Below, piece after piece: positions 19,722 to 29,154 of a stretch of 64,000 nucleotides of DNA. Numbering within the stretch: the first letter of the stretch is position 1; each line of letters opens with the position of its first letter. Source of the DNA: Candidatus Eiseniibacteriota bacterium (GTDB taxonomy: Bacteria; Eisenbacteria; RBG-16-71-46; CAZEPH01). The translations under genes and the position numbers were made by a program. The stretch is taken from assembly GCA_044229145.1 (NCBI GenBank), contig JBGATO010000001.1:97210-161209 (forward strand), written 5' to 3'. The notes under the pieces were generated by a model. The model was not told the origin of the DNA. It was given only the letters and a program-made list of their open reading frames with translations, and searched no databases.

Positions 19722-19931
19722 ATGGACGCGACCTTCCGATTGCAGTGCAAGGAGTGCACGCGCTGGTACGGCGCCGAAGACGACGAGATCGGCCCGTGCA
19801 TGATCAAACACGCGCGCGGCGAGGCGCGGCACCTGACGCACGGATCCTACGAGTGCGACGAGCCGGAGAATCTCGCGCAGTACGCCGCCCGCGCCGCCGG
19901 TGGTGAGGACCCGGACGCGCCCTCCGCATGA
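19722..19931 (+). CDS. Small Cys/His-rich hypothetical protein (69 aa)
   Basis: CKEC...GPC...H...EC; fills the gap between GH57 and GNAT; ATGA overlap with GNAT. Confidence 0.7.
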   Translation: MDATFRLQCKECTRWYGAEDDEIGPCMIKHARGEARHLTHGSYECDEPENLAQYAARAAGGEDPDAPSA

Positions 19932-20785
19932 TCGTTCGTCCCGCCACTGACAGTGACCTGCCTCGCCTGCGTGCTCTCACCGACAGCGAGGGTTGGGGCT
20001 ACGAGGAGCCCGATCTGCGGCGGCTCCTGGCTCTGTGCCGCGACGGCTTCTTGGTGGCCTGCGACGACACCGGCTCGGTGGCCGCGACGCTGAGCACCCT
20101 TCCCTACGCCGGCGCGGCGTGGATCGGCAACGTGGTGGTGGACAGCTCACTGCGCGGGAAGGGCGTCGGCCGCGTCTTGATGGACGCGGCGCACGCCTTC
20201 TGCGACCGGCACCGCCTTGCCCACGTCTACCTCGACGCGTACCCGCCGGCCATCGGCTTCTATCGCGCCCTCGGCTATCAGGACGATGGGGAGACGCACC
20301 GCTGGTCCCTCACCGTGGCGCACGGGCAGGCGGTGTCCCGCCCCGGGACCTACGAACTGGCGCCCGGCGACCTGGATGCCCTGACCGCCGCGGACGCGGA
20401 CGTGTTGGACCACAACGGCGCCACGCACCGACGCTCGCTTCTCGGACATCTCATGCGGGATTATCCGGGATGGGCGCTCGGCCTCCGCGACGACGCGGGG
20501 CAGCTTGCGGCGTGGGGCCTCGCCCGGCCGGGATCGACCTCCTCCGAACTCGGCCCCATCGGTGGCGCTCCGGACGCCGCCGCTCTTCTCGGCGACACGC
20601 TGCTGTCGCGCCTCGAAGGCCGTGCGGTGGAGCTCAGCGTCCCCGCCGCCAATCCGCACGCCGAACGCTGGCTCGTCTCGCACGGGTTCGATCGCATCGG
20701 CTGGCATCTGCGGATGTATCGCGGTGCCCGGCTGCATTGGGATCGCGAGCGTCTGTGGGCGCTCGGCGGACTCGAGAAGGGCTAG
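19928..20785 (+). CDS. Two-domain GNAT acetyltransferase (YitH-like)
   Basis: WIGNVVVDSSLRGKGVGRVLM (motif A), FYRALGY, ELGP, VPAANPHA. Confidence 0.88.
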   Translation: MIVRPATDSDLPRLRALTDSEGWGYEEPDLRRLLALCRDGFLVACDDTGSVAATLSTLPYAGAAWIGNVVVDSSLRGKGVGRVLMDAAHAFCDRHRLAHVYLDAYPPAIGFYRALGYQDDGETHRWSLTVAHGQAVSRPGTYELAPGDLDALTAADADVLDHNGATHRRSLLGHLMRDYPGWALGLRDDAGQLAAWGLARPGSTSSELGPIGGAPDAAALLGDTLLSRLEGRAVELSVPAANPHAERWLVSHGFDRIGWHLRMYRGARLHWDRERLWALGGLEKG

Positions 20786-20842
20786 TTCCGTCACCGCGCG
20801 TGGACACGGAGTCCGCGCGCCGCTCGCATCGTCGGAGGAGAC

Positions 20843-22045
20843 ATGGCTGTCCGTCTGTACAACACGCGTTCGGCGTCGATCGAAACCTTCGTCCCCGCCG
20901 CTCCGCCGCGCGTGTCGATGTACATCTGCGGTGCCACCGTCTACGCGCCGGCGCACATCGGGCACGGACGCTCGTATGTGATCTTCGACACGCTGCGGCG
21001 ATTGCTGCTCTTCCACGGATACGATGTCGACTTCGTGCAGAACTTCACCGACGTGGCGGAGGAGATTTCGCTGCGCGCGCGCGATGAGCACATGGACGCC
21101 GACGCATTTGCCGACCGCTTCGTGCGCGAATTCTGGGAGGACATGGACCGGCTGGCGATCCTGCGCGCGCGCGCCTATCCACGGGTCAGCGAATACATCG
21201 ACGGCATCATTGCGTCGATCCACGGATTGCTCGCGCGCGACGCGGCGTACGTGCTCGACGGCAGCGTCTACTTCGACTCGCAAAAGGCCGGCGGGTTTGG
21301 CGCGCTGTCGCACCAACGGCTCGAAGACATGATCGCCGGCGGGCCGGGGAGCGCGGGGGGACGGCGTCACGCTCTCGACTTCGCGTTGTGGAAGCCCGCG
21401 GTGCCGCCGGAGTCGTCGTGGCCGGCGCCGTGGGGCGACGGCCGTCCGGGCTGGCACATCGAGTGCACCGTGATGTCGGGCGCCTTGCAGCCGCGGCCGC
21501 TCGACATCCACGGCGGCGGACTCGACCTCATCTACCCGCACCACGAGAGCGAGATGCTGATCGCGCACGCCGAAACGGGCTCCGATCTCGCGCGCTTCTA
21601 CCTGCACCACCAGCTCGTCACGCACCGCTTGCAGAAGATGTCGAAGTCACGCGCCAACTACGTGACCTTGCGTGAGGTCTACGAGGAGTACGAGCCTGAG
21701 GTCGTGCGCGTCGCGCTGTTGCAGCACCACTACCGCGAGCCGATGGAGTGTTGCGACGAGGGATTCGATGACGCGGAGCGCGCGCTCGACACGTTGCGGC
21801 GCGCGGTCGAGATCGTCGGGCACGCGGAGCCGCGTGTCGTCGCGGCGGAGAGTCTCGGGGGAAGGATCGTCGCCGCGGTGGACGACGATCTCGGCACGCC
21901 GACCGCCCTCGACCTCGCCCTCGCGGAGGCCGAGGCGGTCACCGCGCATCCACAGGACCTCACGCCGGAGCGTCGCGCCGACGCCGCGGCCGCGTTTGCG
22001 GGGCTCGCAGAAATCTGCGGGCTGCCGTCGCTGCTCGCGCGCTAA
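20843..22045 (+). CDS. Cysteinyl-tRNA synthetase-like protein lacking the C-terminal anticodon-binding domain (MshC-like architecture)
   Basis: MYICGATVY, HIGH, DFALWK, GRPGWHIEC, DIHGGGLDLIYPHHESE, KMSKS; ends at 400 aa soon after DDDLGTP. Confidence 0.85.
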   Translation: MAVRLYNTRSASIETFVPAAPPRVSMYICGATVYAPAHIGHGRSYVIFDTLRRLLLFHGYDVDFVQNFTDVAEEISLRARDEHMDADAFADRFVREFWEDMDRLAILRARAYPRVSEYIDGIIASIHGLLARDAAYVLDGSVYFDSQKAGGFGALSHQRLEDMIAGGPGSAGGRRHALDFALWKPAVPPESSWPAPWGDGRPGWHIECTVMSGALQPRPLDIHGGGLDLIYPHHESEMLIAHAETGSDLARFYLHHQLVTHRLQKMSKSRANYVTLREVYEEYEPEVVRVALLQHHYREPMECCDEGFDDAERALDTLRRAVEIVGHAEPRVVAAESLGGRIVAAVDDDLGTPTALDLALAEAEAVTAHPQDLTPERRADAAAAFAGLAEICGLPSLLAR

Positions 22046-22953
22046 TCGCCGTCCCATACCAGGCGCGGCACGTCCGACGGCGGCTTCCAGCGTTGGTGGA
22101 ACCAATAGTATTGCGCCGGCGCGCGGCGGATTTGGGCTTCGACGGCGGCGGTCATCGCGCGCGTGAGGCGCAGGGCGTCGCGGTCGCGATCCGCGGTTGA
22201 CTCGAAGACGAGTGCGGGTTCGAACGTCGCGGTGTGATGTACGCCATCCGCGTGGCGGACGATCGAGACAGGCACGACCGCGGCGCCGGAACTCAACGCG
22301 ATCCGTGCGGCGGCCGGAGACGTCGCGGCGTGATGTCCGAAGAACGGCACCAGGACGCCGCCGCGCCGCAACCGTTGATCGACGAGCACTCCCACGATCT
22401 CGCCGCGCCGCAAGCGCGTCAGAGCCTCGCGCCCGCCGCCGCGCAGCGGAATCGTGCCTTGTCCCCCGGCGCGCCGCGCCGCGTTGAGCCATCGATCGAC
22501 GCGCCGGTTCCGCTGCGCGCCGACGAGCACCGCTGTCGGATAGCCCTCGGCGACCAGACGCGGACCGATCAGCTCCCAGTTGCCGAGATGGCCGGTGAAC
22601 AACAACACACCGCGCCCCACGGCCCGCGCGGCATCGAGGTGTGCGAGGCCATCCAGCGCCACCAGATCGCGCAGCCGCGGCGTCCGCTCGGCGAGCAGCA
22701 GACACTCGACGAGCAGACGGCCGCCGTGCGCGAACGTCTCCCGCGCCCGCGACGCCGCTGCACCGTCCGCGCCGTACGCACGCCGCAGATTGTCCGCGAC
22801 GATGCGGCGGCGCTTCGGCATCACGGCGCGCAGCGCCAGGCCGAGTGCCGCACCGACGTGCGCGGCCGTGGTGTCGTCGAGCGGACGGATCCCCGCAGCC
22901 AGCGCCCGCAGCGCGACGGCCTGCGCGCGGTGCGCCAGCGGATCGCCCGTCAC
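22042..22953 (-). CDS. Lipid A late acyltransferase (LpxL/HtrB family)
   Basis: TGHLGNWEL, VLVDQ, VPFFG, PAQYYWFHQRWK; GTGA overlap with upstream stop. Confidence 0.88.
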   Translation of the reverse strand: MTGDPLAHRAQAVALRALAAGIRPLDDTTAAHVGAALGLALRAVMPKRRRIVADNLRRAYGADGAAASRARETFAHGGRLLVECLLLAERTPRLRDLVALDGLAHLDAARAVGRGVLLFTGHLGNWELIGPRLVAEGYPTAVLVGAQRNRRVDRWLNAARRAGGQGTIPLRGGGREALTRLRRGEIVGVLVDQRLRRGGVLVPFFGHHAATSPAAARIALSSGAAVVPVSIVRHADGVHHTATFEPALVFESTADRDRDALRLTRAMTAAVEAQIRRAPAQYYWFHQRWKPPSDVPRLVWDGD

Positions 22954-23987
22954 ACCACCCATCGCGCCACCGGAGAGAATCGCCATCCGATCGCCTGATC
23001 GCAGCACGCGGCACTGCACACCAGGCAGCCAATGCACGCTGCCGCGTCGACTGCCGGCGGCGCGTTCTCGCGCAACCGCAGGGCGCCGGTCGGGCACACC
23101 GGCACGCAGGCCGCGCACCGTGTGCAACGCGTCGCGTCGATGCGCGCCTTCACCCACAACGCACGTTGGAGCAGCGGTGCGACGCCGCGTGGAATGTGAC
23201 GCGCTGCCCAGTAGCTCGGACGCCGCGCGGGACGCGGAGCATCGTGTCCGAGCGGCCCGGCGACGTGCACGAAGGCGGGCAGCGTGCCCCGCCGGTTCGC
23301 CGCGTCGATGACCGGGAGCTCGTGCGGGCGGACGTCCAGAATCGGCGCGCATGCCGCCTCCACGGCCAGTGCGTCGCGGCCCGCCACCAGGCGACCCCGA
23401 TGCACCGGCGGCCCGCCGCTCGGCCCCTCGCCTTCCATGCAATCGATCGCATCGACGATGGTCAGCGCCGGCGCCACCAGCGACGCGAGGTCGAGCAACA
23501 CCTCGACGAAATCGGACGGCCGCGGATACCGCGTGTGCCACGTCCCCTTGGCGAAGCCCGGCTGCGTGCCGTAGATGTTCTTCACCGCGCCCGTGAGCAA
23601 CGTGAGCGTGTGGGTCTTCAACTTGGCGAGCGAGATGATGACATCAAGGCCGCTGCGGGCATGATGCCGCGCGATGCCCTCCACCGCGCCGGGCGGACTG
23701 TCGCCGATCGTCACGTGGCCGCCGGCGTCGAGCACTGCGCGCGCGACCGCCGCCACCACCTGCGGATGCGTGGTGACCGCGCGATGCGGGCGGGCGGCAT
23801 TGAGCAGGTTCGGCTTGAGCAACACCCGCGTGCCGCGCGACACGAAGGCTCGTATGCCGCCGAGCGGCGCGAGCACATCAACGAGCGCACCATCGAGCGC
23901 CGCCGCGTCGTATGTCGGCGCACGCACGATCGACACATCGGGCACCGGCGGCGTGCCGCCGGGCGACCAGGGCAGCAGCGTCGTCAT
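22950..23987 (-). CDS. DUF362 domain protein with C-terminal 2x[4Fe-4S] ferredoxin
   Basis: VLLKPNLL, VTTHP, GDSP, KLKTH, TGAVKN, MEGEGPSGG; CTRCAACVPVCP and CIGCLVCSAAC. Confidence 0.85.
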   Translation of the reverse strand: MTTLLPWSPGGTPPVPDVSIVRAPTYDAAALDGALVDVLAPLGGIRAFVSRGTRVLLKPNLLNAARPHRAVTTHPQVVAAVARAVLDAGGHVTIGDSPPGAVEGIARHHARSGLDVIISLAKLKTHTLTLLTGAVKNIYGTQPGFAKGTWHTRYPRPSDFVEVLLDLASLVAPALTIVDAIDCMEGEGPSGGPPVHRGRLVAGRDALAVEAACAPILDVRPHELPVIDAANRRGTLPAFVHVAGPLGHDAPRPARRPSYWAARHIPRGVAPLLQRALWVKARIDATRCTRCAACVPVCPTGALRLRENAPPAVDAAACIGCLVCSAACCDQAIGWRFSPVARWVV

Positions 23988-24000
23988 CCGCGCCTTCGCT

Positions 24001-24807
24001 TCATGGCGTGTCGCGCAGTCCCGCGTACAACGCCGGCCGCCGCTCGGCGAACAGATCGTTGCCGGACGACAGCTGCTTCGAGCGCGCCTCGGCGAGGTCG
24101 AGCGTCGCCACCGCGCCCCACGCGCCACTCTCCGGGCCTGCCACCAGGCGCTGCATGCGCAGACCGGTGATCTGGCTCGCGCCGGTGAACGTCAGCGTCG
24201 TGCCACCGCGCGCTTCGGTGCCGACGCGATTGGCCGTCGCCGCGAACACGCGATTCTCCAGCGAGCGGGTGAGCATCGCCTGCTGGCAGAACGGCAGCAC
24301 GAGATTGGCAGGATGGCAGACGAGTTCGGCGCCGCGCAACGCCAGCGAACGCATCGTCTCGGGGAAGAACCAGTCGAAGCAGATCATCACGCCGAGGGCA
24401 CGGCCGCGCCACTGCACGACCGGCGCCGGCGCCTCGCCCGGCGCGAACCAGCGGCGTTCGTCGCCAAACAGGTGGATCTTGCGATAGATGGCGAGCACGC
24501 CTTCGGGCGCCAAGACCGCCGCGCTGTTGTAGACACGATCGTCCGCGCGCTCCGCGAAGCCGGCGACGATGACCGCGTCGCGTGCGGCTGCGACCTCGCG
24601 CAGGCGCGCGAGCCGTGGTTCGTCGACCGTCTCGCTCAATGCGCGCACTTCGTCGTGCGACGCGAAGACGTATCCCGAGAACGCCAGTTCCGGCAGCACG
24701 AACACGTCCGCGTCGAGTGTCGCCATCGCTGCCACGAGCGCCTCGCAATTGGCGTCGCGCGCACCGAAGACCGGCGACGACTGCACGACCGCCACGCGCG
24801 TCGTCAT
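24001..24807 (-). CDS. Nitrilase-family carbon-nitrogen hydrolase
   Basis: VLPEL, YRKIHLF, MICFDWFFPE (Glu-Lys-Cys triad). Confidence 0.92.
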   Translation of the reverse strand: MTTRVAVVQSSPVFGARDANCEALVAAMATLDADVFVLPELAFSGYVFASHDEVRALSETVDEPRLARLREVAAARDAVIVAGFAERADDRVYNSAAVLAPEGVLAIYRKIHLFGDERRWFAPGEAPAPVVQWRGRALGVMICFDWFFPETMRSLALRGAELVCHPANLVLPFCQQAMLTRSLENRVFAATANRVGTEARGGTTLTFTGASQITGLRMQRLVAGPESGAWGAVATLDLAEARSKQLSSGNDLFAERRPALYAGLRDTP

Positions 24808-25889
24808 GGTGTGATCCTCCGCGACGGCAGGACGGCCGCCACCGCATCGGCCATCGAGGCGATGCCGTCGCGCACCGGATCCGCCACCGGCAGGCCCGTC
24901 TCCTGCGCGATCCGCGCCCGCGCCGCCGCGGCGGCGTCCGCCGACATCGTCACCGTGTTCAGCGCCACCGCGACGACGCGTGCCGGCTTCACCGGCGCCG
25001 CGCACGCTTCGTACAGTGCGATGAGGTCGCGCACCGGTGGAATCGCCGTGCGCGCGTAGCCATTCACGTGGCGACGAGCCGGATCGTGCACCAGGACGAG
25101 CGCATCCGGACGCGCACCGTGCAGCAGGGAGAGCGTGACACCACTGTACGCCGGATGGATCACCGAGCCCTGCCCTTCCACGACGACGCAGCCCGCGCGC
25201 CGCAATCCTTCCTCGACGATGGCGTGTGTTGCCCCGGCGCCAAAGTCGGCGATCACGCGGTCGGTCGCGATGCCCCAGCCGGTGAGCAAGATGCCCGTCT
25301 GTCCCGTCGCGCCCATCACCGCGTCGACACCGCGCGCGCACAGAGCCTCGGCCAGCAGGAGCGACACCGTCATCTTGCCGACGCTGCAGTCGCTCCCCAC
25401 CGTGAGCACGACATCGCCCGGCCACGGCCGTTCGTCTTCCGGTGGTAGCGTGAGAATCGCCGGTGGCCGTCGCAGATCGATCAGCTCGACGCCGCGCGCC
25501 TCGGCGCGTGCGACGAGATCCGCGTCGTCGGCGAGGAACACGTGCAGGCCGCTCACCACGTGCAGACCGGCATCGACCGCTTCGACGATCGCCTCCCGAT
25601 ATGTGTCGGGCAAGCCGCCCCCGCGCGGCGCGATCCCGATGAGCAGCGCGGTCGCGCCGAGCGCAATCGCCTCGCCCAGCGTTGCCACCACGGGCGGCGC
25701 GGAGTCGACGCCCAGCAACGTGGCGGCGTCCGCGCCGGCGTGCGTCGAGTCGAGCAACGCCACCACCTCGTCGCGCCGGAAGCGCACGACGCACGCCGCC
25801 GTCTTCGACTGGAACACGCCGAGCGCGCCCTCGACGAGGATCGCGTAACGGACCGGCGACGGCAGCGTGACGGTGAGCGTGCGGCTCAC
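24804..25889 (-). CDS. DUF1611 family protein (DgcN-like)
   Basis: KTAACVVRF, GIAPRGG, SGLH, GSDCSVGKMT, ATGQTG, VEGQGSVIHPAYSGV. Confidence 0.88.
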   Translation of the reverse strand: MSRTLTVTLPSPVRYAILVEGALGVFQSKTAACVVRFRRDEVVALLDSTHAGADAATLLGVDSAPPVVATLGEAIALGATALLIGIAPRGGGLPDTYREAIVEAVDAGLHVVSGLHVFLADDADLVARAEARGVELIDLRRPPAILTLPPEDERPWPGDVVLTVGSDCSVGKMTVSLLLAEALCARGVDAVMGATGQTGILLTGWGIATDRVIADFGAGATHAIVEEGLRRAGCVVVEGQGSVIHPAYSGVTLSLLHGARPDALVLVHDPARRHVNGYARTAIPPVRDLIALYEACAAPVKPARVVAVALNTVTMSADAAAAARARIAQETGLPVADPVRDGIASMADAVAAVLPSRRITP

Positions 25890-26965
25890 AGAGGCCGCGC
25901 CTCACGCAAGGCCTTCGCCACCGCACGGTCGCGCGGCGCGACGCCGAGGCCGGGCGCGTCGCTCAACGTGATCGCTCCGCTCTCGACGCGCATGCCGCGC
26001 ATCGGGTCGCGCGCCAGCAGCGTGCTGCCGTCGAGATCGAGCACGTCGGCCTGCGACGCGAACTGCGCCGCCGCCGTCACGCCGACCGACGTCTCCACCA
26101 TGCACCCGAACATCACCTGCAGCTTCAACGCGCGTGCCGTGGCGATCATGCGCCGCATCTCGCGGAGGCCGCCGCACTTCGCCAGCTTGATGTTGATGCC
26201 GTCGACACGACCGGCCAGCCGCGCGAGATCGTCGCTGGTCTCGCACGCTTCGTCGGCGAACACCGGCACGTCGACGCGATCGCGCACGTAGCGCAGGCCG
26301 TCGAGATCGGCCGCCGGCACCGGCTGCTCGATCATGTCGACGCCGAGCGCCGCCAATCGCCGTCCGCGCGTCACCGCCTCGCGCGGCGTCCAGCCTTCAT
26401 TCGCATCGACGTGCAGCGTCTGGTCGGTGTGCTTCCGGATCTCTTCGACGACCTCGACGTCCCCCGCGAAGCCGACCTTGATCTTGAGCGCGTCCCACCC
26501 CGCCGCCTCACGCACCTTCGCCAGCATGATCTCCGGCGTGTCGATGGCGATGGTCAGCGACGTCGACGGCAGCGGCAGGCCGCGGAAACCGAACACGTCG
26601 ACGAGCGGCGCGCCGAGCGCCTTGCCGAGCAAATCGTGCAACGCCATGTCGACGGCGGCGCGCGCCGCCGGCTTGTGCCGCAGCCGCGCACGGCAGCGGT
26701 CGAGAAGCAGGTCGAGCGCGAAGGGCGATGCGTCGGCACTCGCCAGCTCGCGCGCGTACACGCGCAACGCCGCCAATACCGTGCCGGTGTTCTCGCCAAA
26801 ATACGTCGACGATGCTGCTTCGCCATAGCCCGTGAGCCCGCGCCAGCCGAGGGCCACCAGCACGGTTTGGAATTCGCCGGTGCCCCCGCGCGCGATGCGG
26901 AACGGGTGGCGGGTTTCGAGGGCGAGCGGCAGCGCGCGCAAGGTGATGCCGGGAGTTCGTGCCAT
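25886..26965 (-). CDS. Enolase-superfamily dipeptide epimerase/racemase (L-Ala-D/L-Glu epimerase or DgcA-like)
   Basis: PFRIARG, LKIKVG, DANEGW, IEQP, ADE, INIKLAKCGG, DLDG. Confidence 0.9.
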   Translation of the reverse strand: MARTPGITLRALPLALETRHPFRIARGGTGEFQTVLVALGWRGLTGYGEAASSTYFGENTGTVLAALRVYARELASADASPFALDLLLDRCRARLRHKPAARAAVDMALHDLLGKALGAPLVDVFGFRGLPLPSTSLTIAIDTPEIMLAKVREAAGWDALKIKVGFAGDVEVVEEIRKHTDQTLHVDANEGWTPREAVTRGRRLAALGVDMIEQPVPAADLDGLRYVRDRVDVPVFADEACETSDDLARLAGRVDGINIKLAKCGGLREMRRMIATARALKLQVMFGCMVETSVGVTAAAQFASQADVLDLDGSTLLARDPMRGMRVESGAITLSDAPGLGVAPRDRAVAKALREARPL

Positions 26966-27054
26966 GGCCCGAACCGTGCCGGAGCCCGGCGTGCGCGTCA
27001 AGGCGTGAGCGGTTGGCGCTGGACGCCGGTGGAGCGAGCCGCTACAACCGCGCC

Positions 27055-27840
27055 ATGGACACACACGCGTGGCAATTGAGTGAGGGCGATGTCCCGCTGC
27101 TGGTCTGGCACGGCGGCGGGCCGGACGTCGTGGCGGTAGTCAGCACGCGGCGCGGCGGCGTCTCGCCGGCTCCGTGGACATCGCTCAATCTCGGCCGCGC
27201 CGTCGGCGATGACGAGGCGCGCGTCGACTTGAACCGCGACCGCCTGCTCGCCGCGTGCGGCGGCACCGCGATGCGCCTCGCGCGCATCCACCAAGTGCAT
27301 GGCGGCGAGATCCGCGACACCGACGCGCCGGAGTGGGACGACGACGGCCCGCGGCCCGATGCCGACGGCCTGTGCACCACGCAGGCGGGCCGGCTCCTCG
27401 TCATCACCGTCGCCGACTGCGCGCCTGTCTTCGTCGTGCATCCCCCCAGCGGCACACTGGCGGCCGTGCATGCGGGCTGGCGCGGCACCGTCGCGGGGAT
27501 CGCGGCCTCGGCGGTGCGCGCGGTGGCGGCACGGGCGGGTGTTCCGGCGTCCGAGCTGCGCGCCGCCATCGGCCCGGCGATTGGTCCGTGCTGCTTCGAG
27601 GTCGGGCCCGAGGTCGTCGCGGCGTTGCCCGACAGCGAGGTGCGGCAGCGCGAGGGCGCGCGGAGTCACCTCGACTTGTGGGACGCCAACCGGCGGCAGC
27701 TCGCCGCCGCCGGCGTACCGGGCGGCGCCATCGACGTCGCGGAACTGTGCACGATGTGCCGCGCCGACCTGTTCTTCAGCCACCGCCGCGACGCCGGGCG
27801 CACCGGCCGCATGCTGGCCCTGCTCGGCCGCCGCGGCTGA
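27055..27840 (+). CDS. pgeF: Peptidoglycan editing factor PgeF/YfiH family
   Basis: STRRGGVS, SLNLG, HQVHG, VADCAP, HAGWRG, GPCCFEVG, FFSHRR. Confidence 0.92.
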   Translation: MDTHAWQLSEGDVPLLVWHGGGPDVVAVVSTRRGGVSPAPWTSLNLGRAVGDDEARVDLNRDRLLAACGGTAMRLARIHQVHGGEIRDTDAPEWDDDGPRPDADGLCTTQAGRLLVITVADCAPVFVVHPPSGTLAAVHAGWRGTVAGIAASAVRAVAARAGVPASELRAAIGPAIGPCCFEVGPEVVAALPDSEVRQREGARSHLDLWDANRRQLAAAGVPGGAIDVAELCTMCRADLFFSHRRDAGRTGRMLALLGRRG

Positions 27841-27900
27841 CCGCAACACGAAGGGCGCCGGCGGTGAGGCCGGCGCCCGATCACTGCGTGCTGTGGCTCG

Positions 27901-28098
27901 CTAGCTCGCGGCGGGCTTGTTCGGGTCCGACGCCGCCGGCTTCGACGCATCTTCGGCCACGTCGGTGTTGACCGCGCGCTTGAACTCGCGGATCCCGCTG
28001 CCGAGCGACTTCGCCAGGTTCGGGATGTTCTTTCCGCCAAACAACACCAGCACGATGATCAGCAGGATGAACAGCTCCTGCGGGCCAAAATTCGGCAT
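27901..28098 (-). CDS. tatA: Twin-arginine translocase TatA
   Basis: GPQELFILLIIVLVLFGGKNIPNLAKSLGSGIREFK. Confidence 0.95.
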   Translation of the reverse strand: MPNFGPQELFILLIIVLVLFGGKNIPNLAKSLGSGIREFKRAVNTDVAEDASKPAASDPNKPAAS

Positions 28099-28179
28099 CG
28101 TTCACCGCCTCACGTTCGACTGCGCCTGACCGCCCGCGCGGGCGGCCGCCGCTTCCGGAGGGGAAAGCGACTCAGGCGG

Positions 28180-28208
28180 ATTGTACCCCCCGGCCTGGGA
28201 GGCGACAA
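28180..28208 (-). promoter_or_regulatory. Putative sigma70 promoter for tatA
   Basis: TTGTCG-17 nt-TACAAT. Confidence 0.55.
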
Positions 28209-28305
28209 GGTCAACCACGGGTGCGGACCCGCGGCGTCCCGCACCGCGGAGCTTGCCGCTCGCCCGCCCACGCGGCAGAGTCCCCGCACTCTTGGAGGAG
28301 CACCC

Positions 28306-29154
28306 GTGCACTTTGGATTCCACGTTCCCATCGCCGGCGGACTGCAGGTCGCGCCGGAAGCCGCCCGCCAGCGCGGCTGCACCGCGCTGCAGATCTTCCC
28401 GTCGACGCCGCGCGGATGGAAGCCGTCGCCGCGCAGCGAGGACGAGGTGGCGGCGTTTCGCGCCGCCCGCGACACCTGCGGCATCACGCACGTGTTCTTG
28501 CACGCGATCTACCTGCTCAACCTGGCGTCGCCCGACGACGCGTTGCGCGCCCGTTCGATCGACGGGTGCGTGGACAGTCTGGTCCTCGGCGACCGCATCG
28601 GCGCCGACGGCGTCGTCGTGCATCTGGGGAGCGCCACCGACGCGGCTACAGACGCGGGCGTCGCGCGGCTCGTGGAGTCGCTGCGCACGGTTCTCGGCCG
28701 CCACGCAGGCGCGACGCCGCTCCTCCTCGAGAACAGCGCGGGCGGCGGCAACAACCTGGGCAATTCGCTGGAACAGCTCGGCGCCATCGTCGACGGCCTC
28801 GGCGCGCCGCCGGAGCGTGTCGGCGTGTGCCTCGATACTTGTCACGCCTTCGCCGCCGGCGTCGACCTGCGCGAAGCGGCGACGCGCGAGTCCTGGCTGG
28901 CCGACGCCACCTCGCGCGGCCTCCTGGCGCGCGTCCGCCTCCTCCACCTCAACGACTCGGACGGTCCGGTCGGCTGCCGCCGCGACAACCACGCCGGCAT
29001 CGGCGACGGGCAGATCGGCGCCGACGCGCTGGGCGCCCTCATCCGCGACCCGCGGCTGTCCGACCTGCCCGCCATCCTCGAAACCCCGGGCCGCGACATC
29101 GCCGCGGACCTCGTGAACCTCGAACGCGTGCGCGCCTTGGCGGCGGCTACTTAG
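28306..29154 (+). CDS. nfo: Endonuclease IV
   Basis: GFHVPIAGG, HAIYLLNLAS, LLENSAG, CLDTCHAFAAG, HLNDS, DNH, ILETP; GGAGG RBS. Confidence 0.93.
   Translation: MHFGFHVPIAGGLQVAPEAARQRGCTALQIFPSTPRGWKPSPRSEDEVAAFRAARDTCGITHVFLHAIYLLNLASPDDALRARSIDGCVDSLVLGDRIGADGVVVHLGSATDAATDAGVARLVESLRTVLGRHAGATPLLLENSAGGGNNLGNSLEQLGAIVDGLGAPPERVGVCLDTCHAFAAGVDLREAATRESWLADATSRGLLARVRLLHLNDSDGPVGCRRDNHAGIGDGQIGADALGALIRDPRLSDLPAILETPGRDIAADLVNLERVRALAAAT

Noticed and set aside
19698..19724. TAG readthrough from GH57 into the in-frame mini-protein
   Set aside because: The mini-protein has its own ATG and GH57 is complete; being in frame is a one-in-three chance
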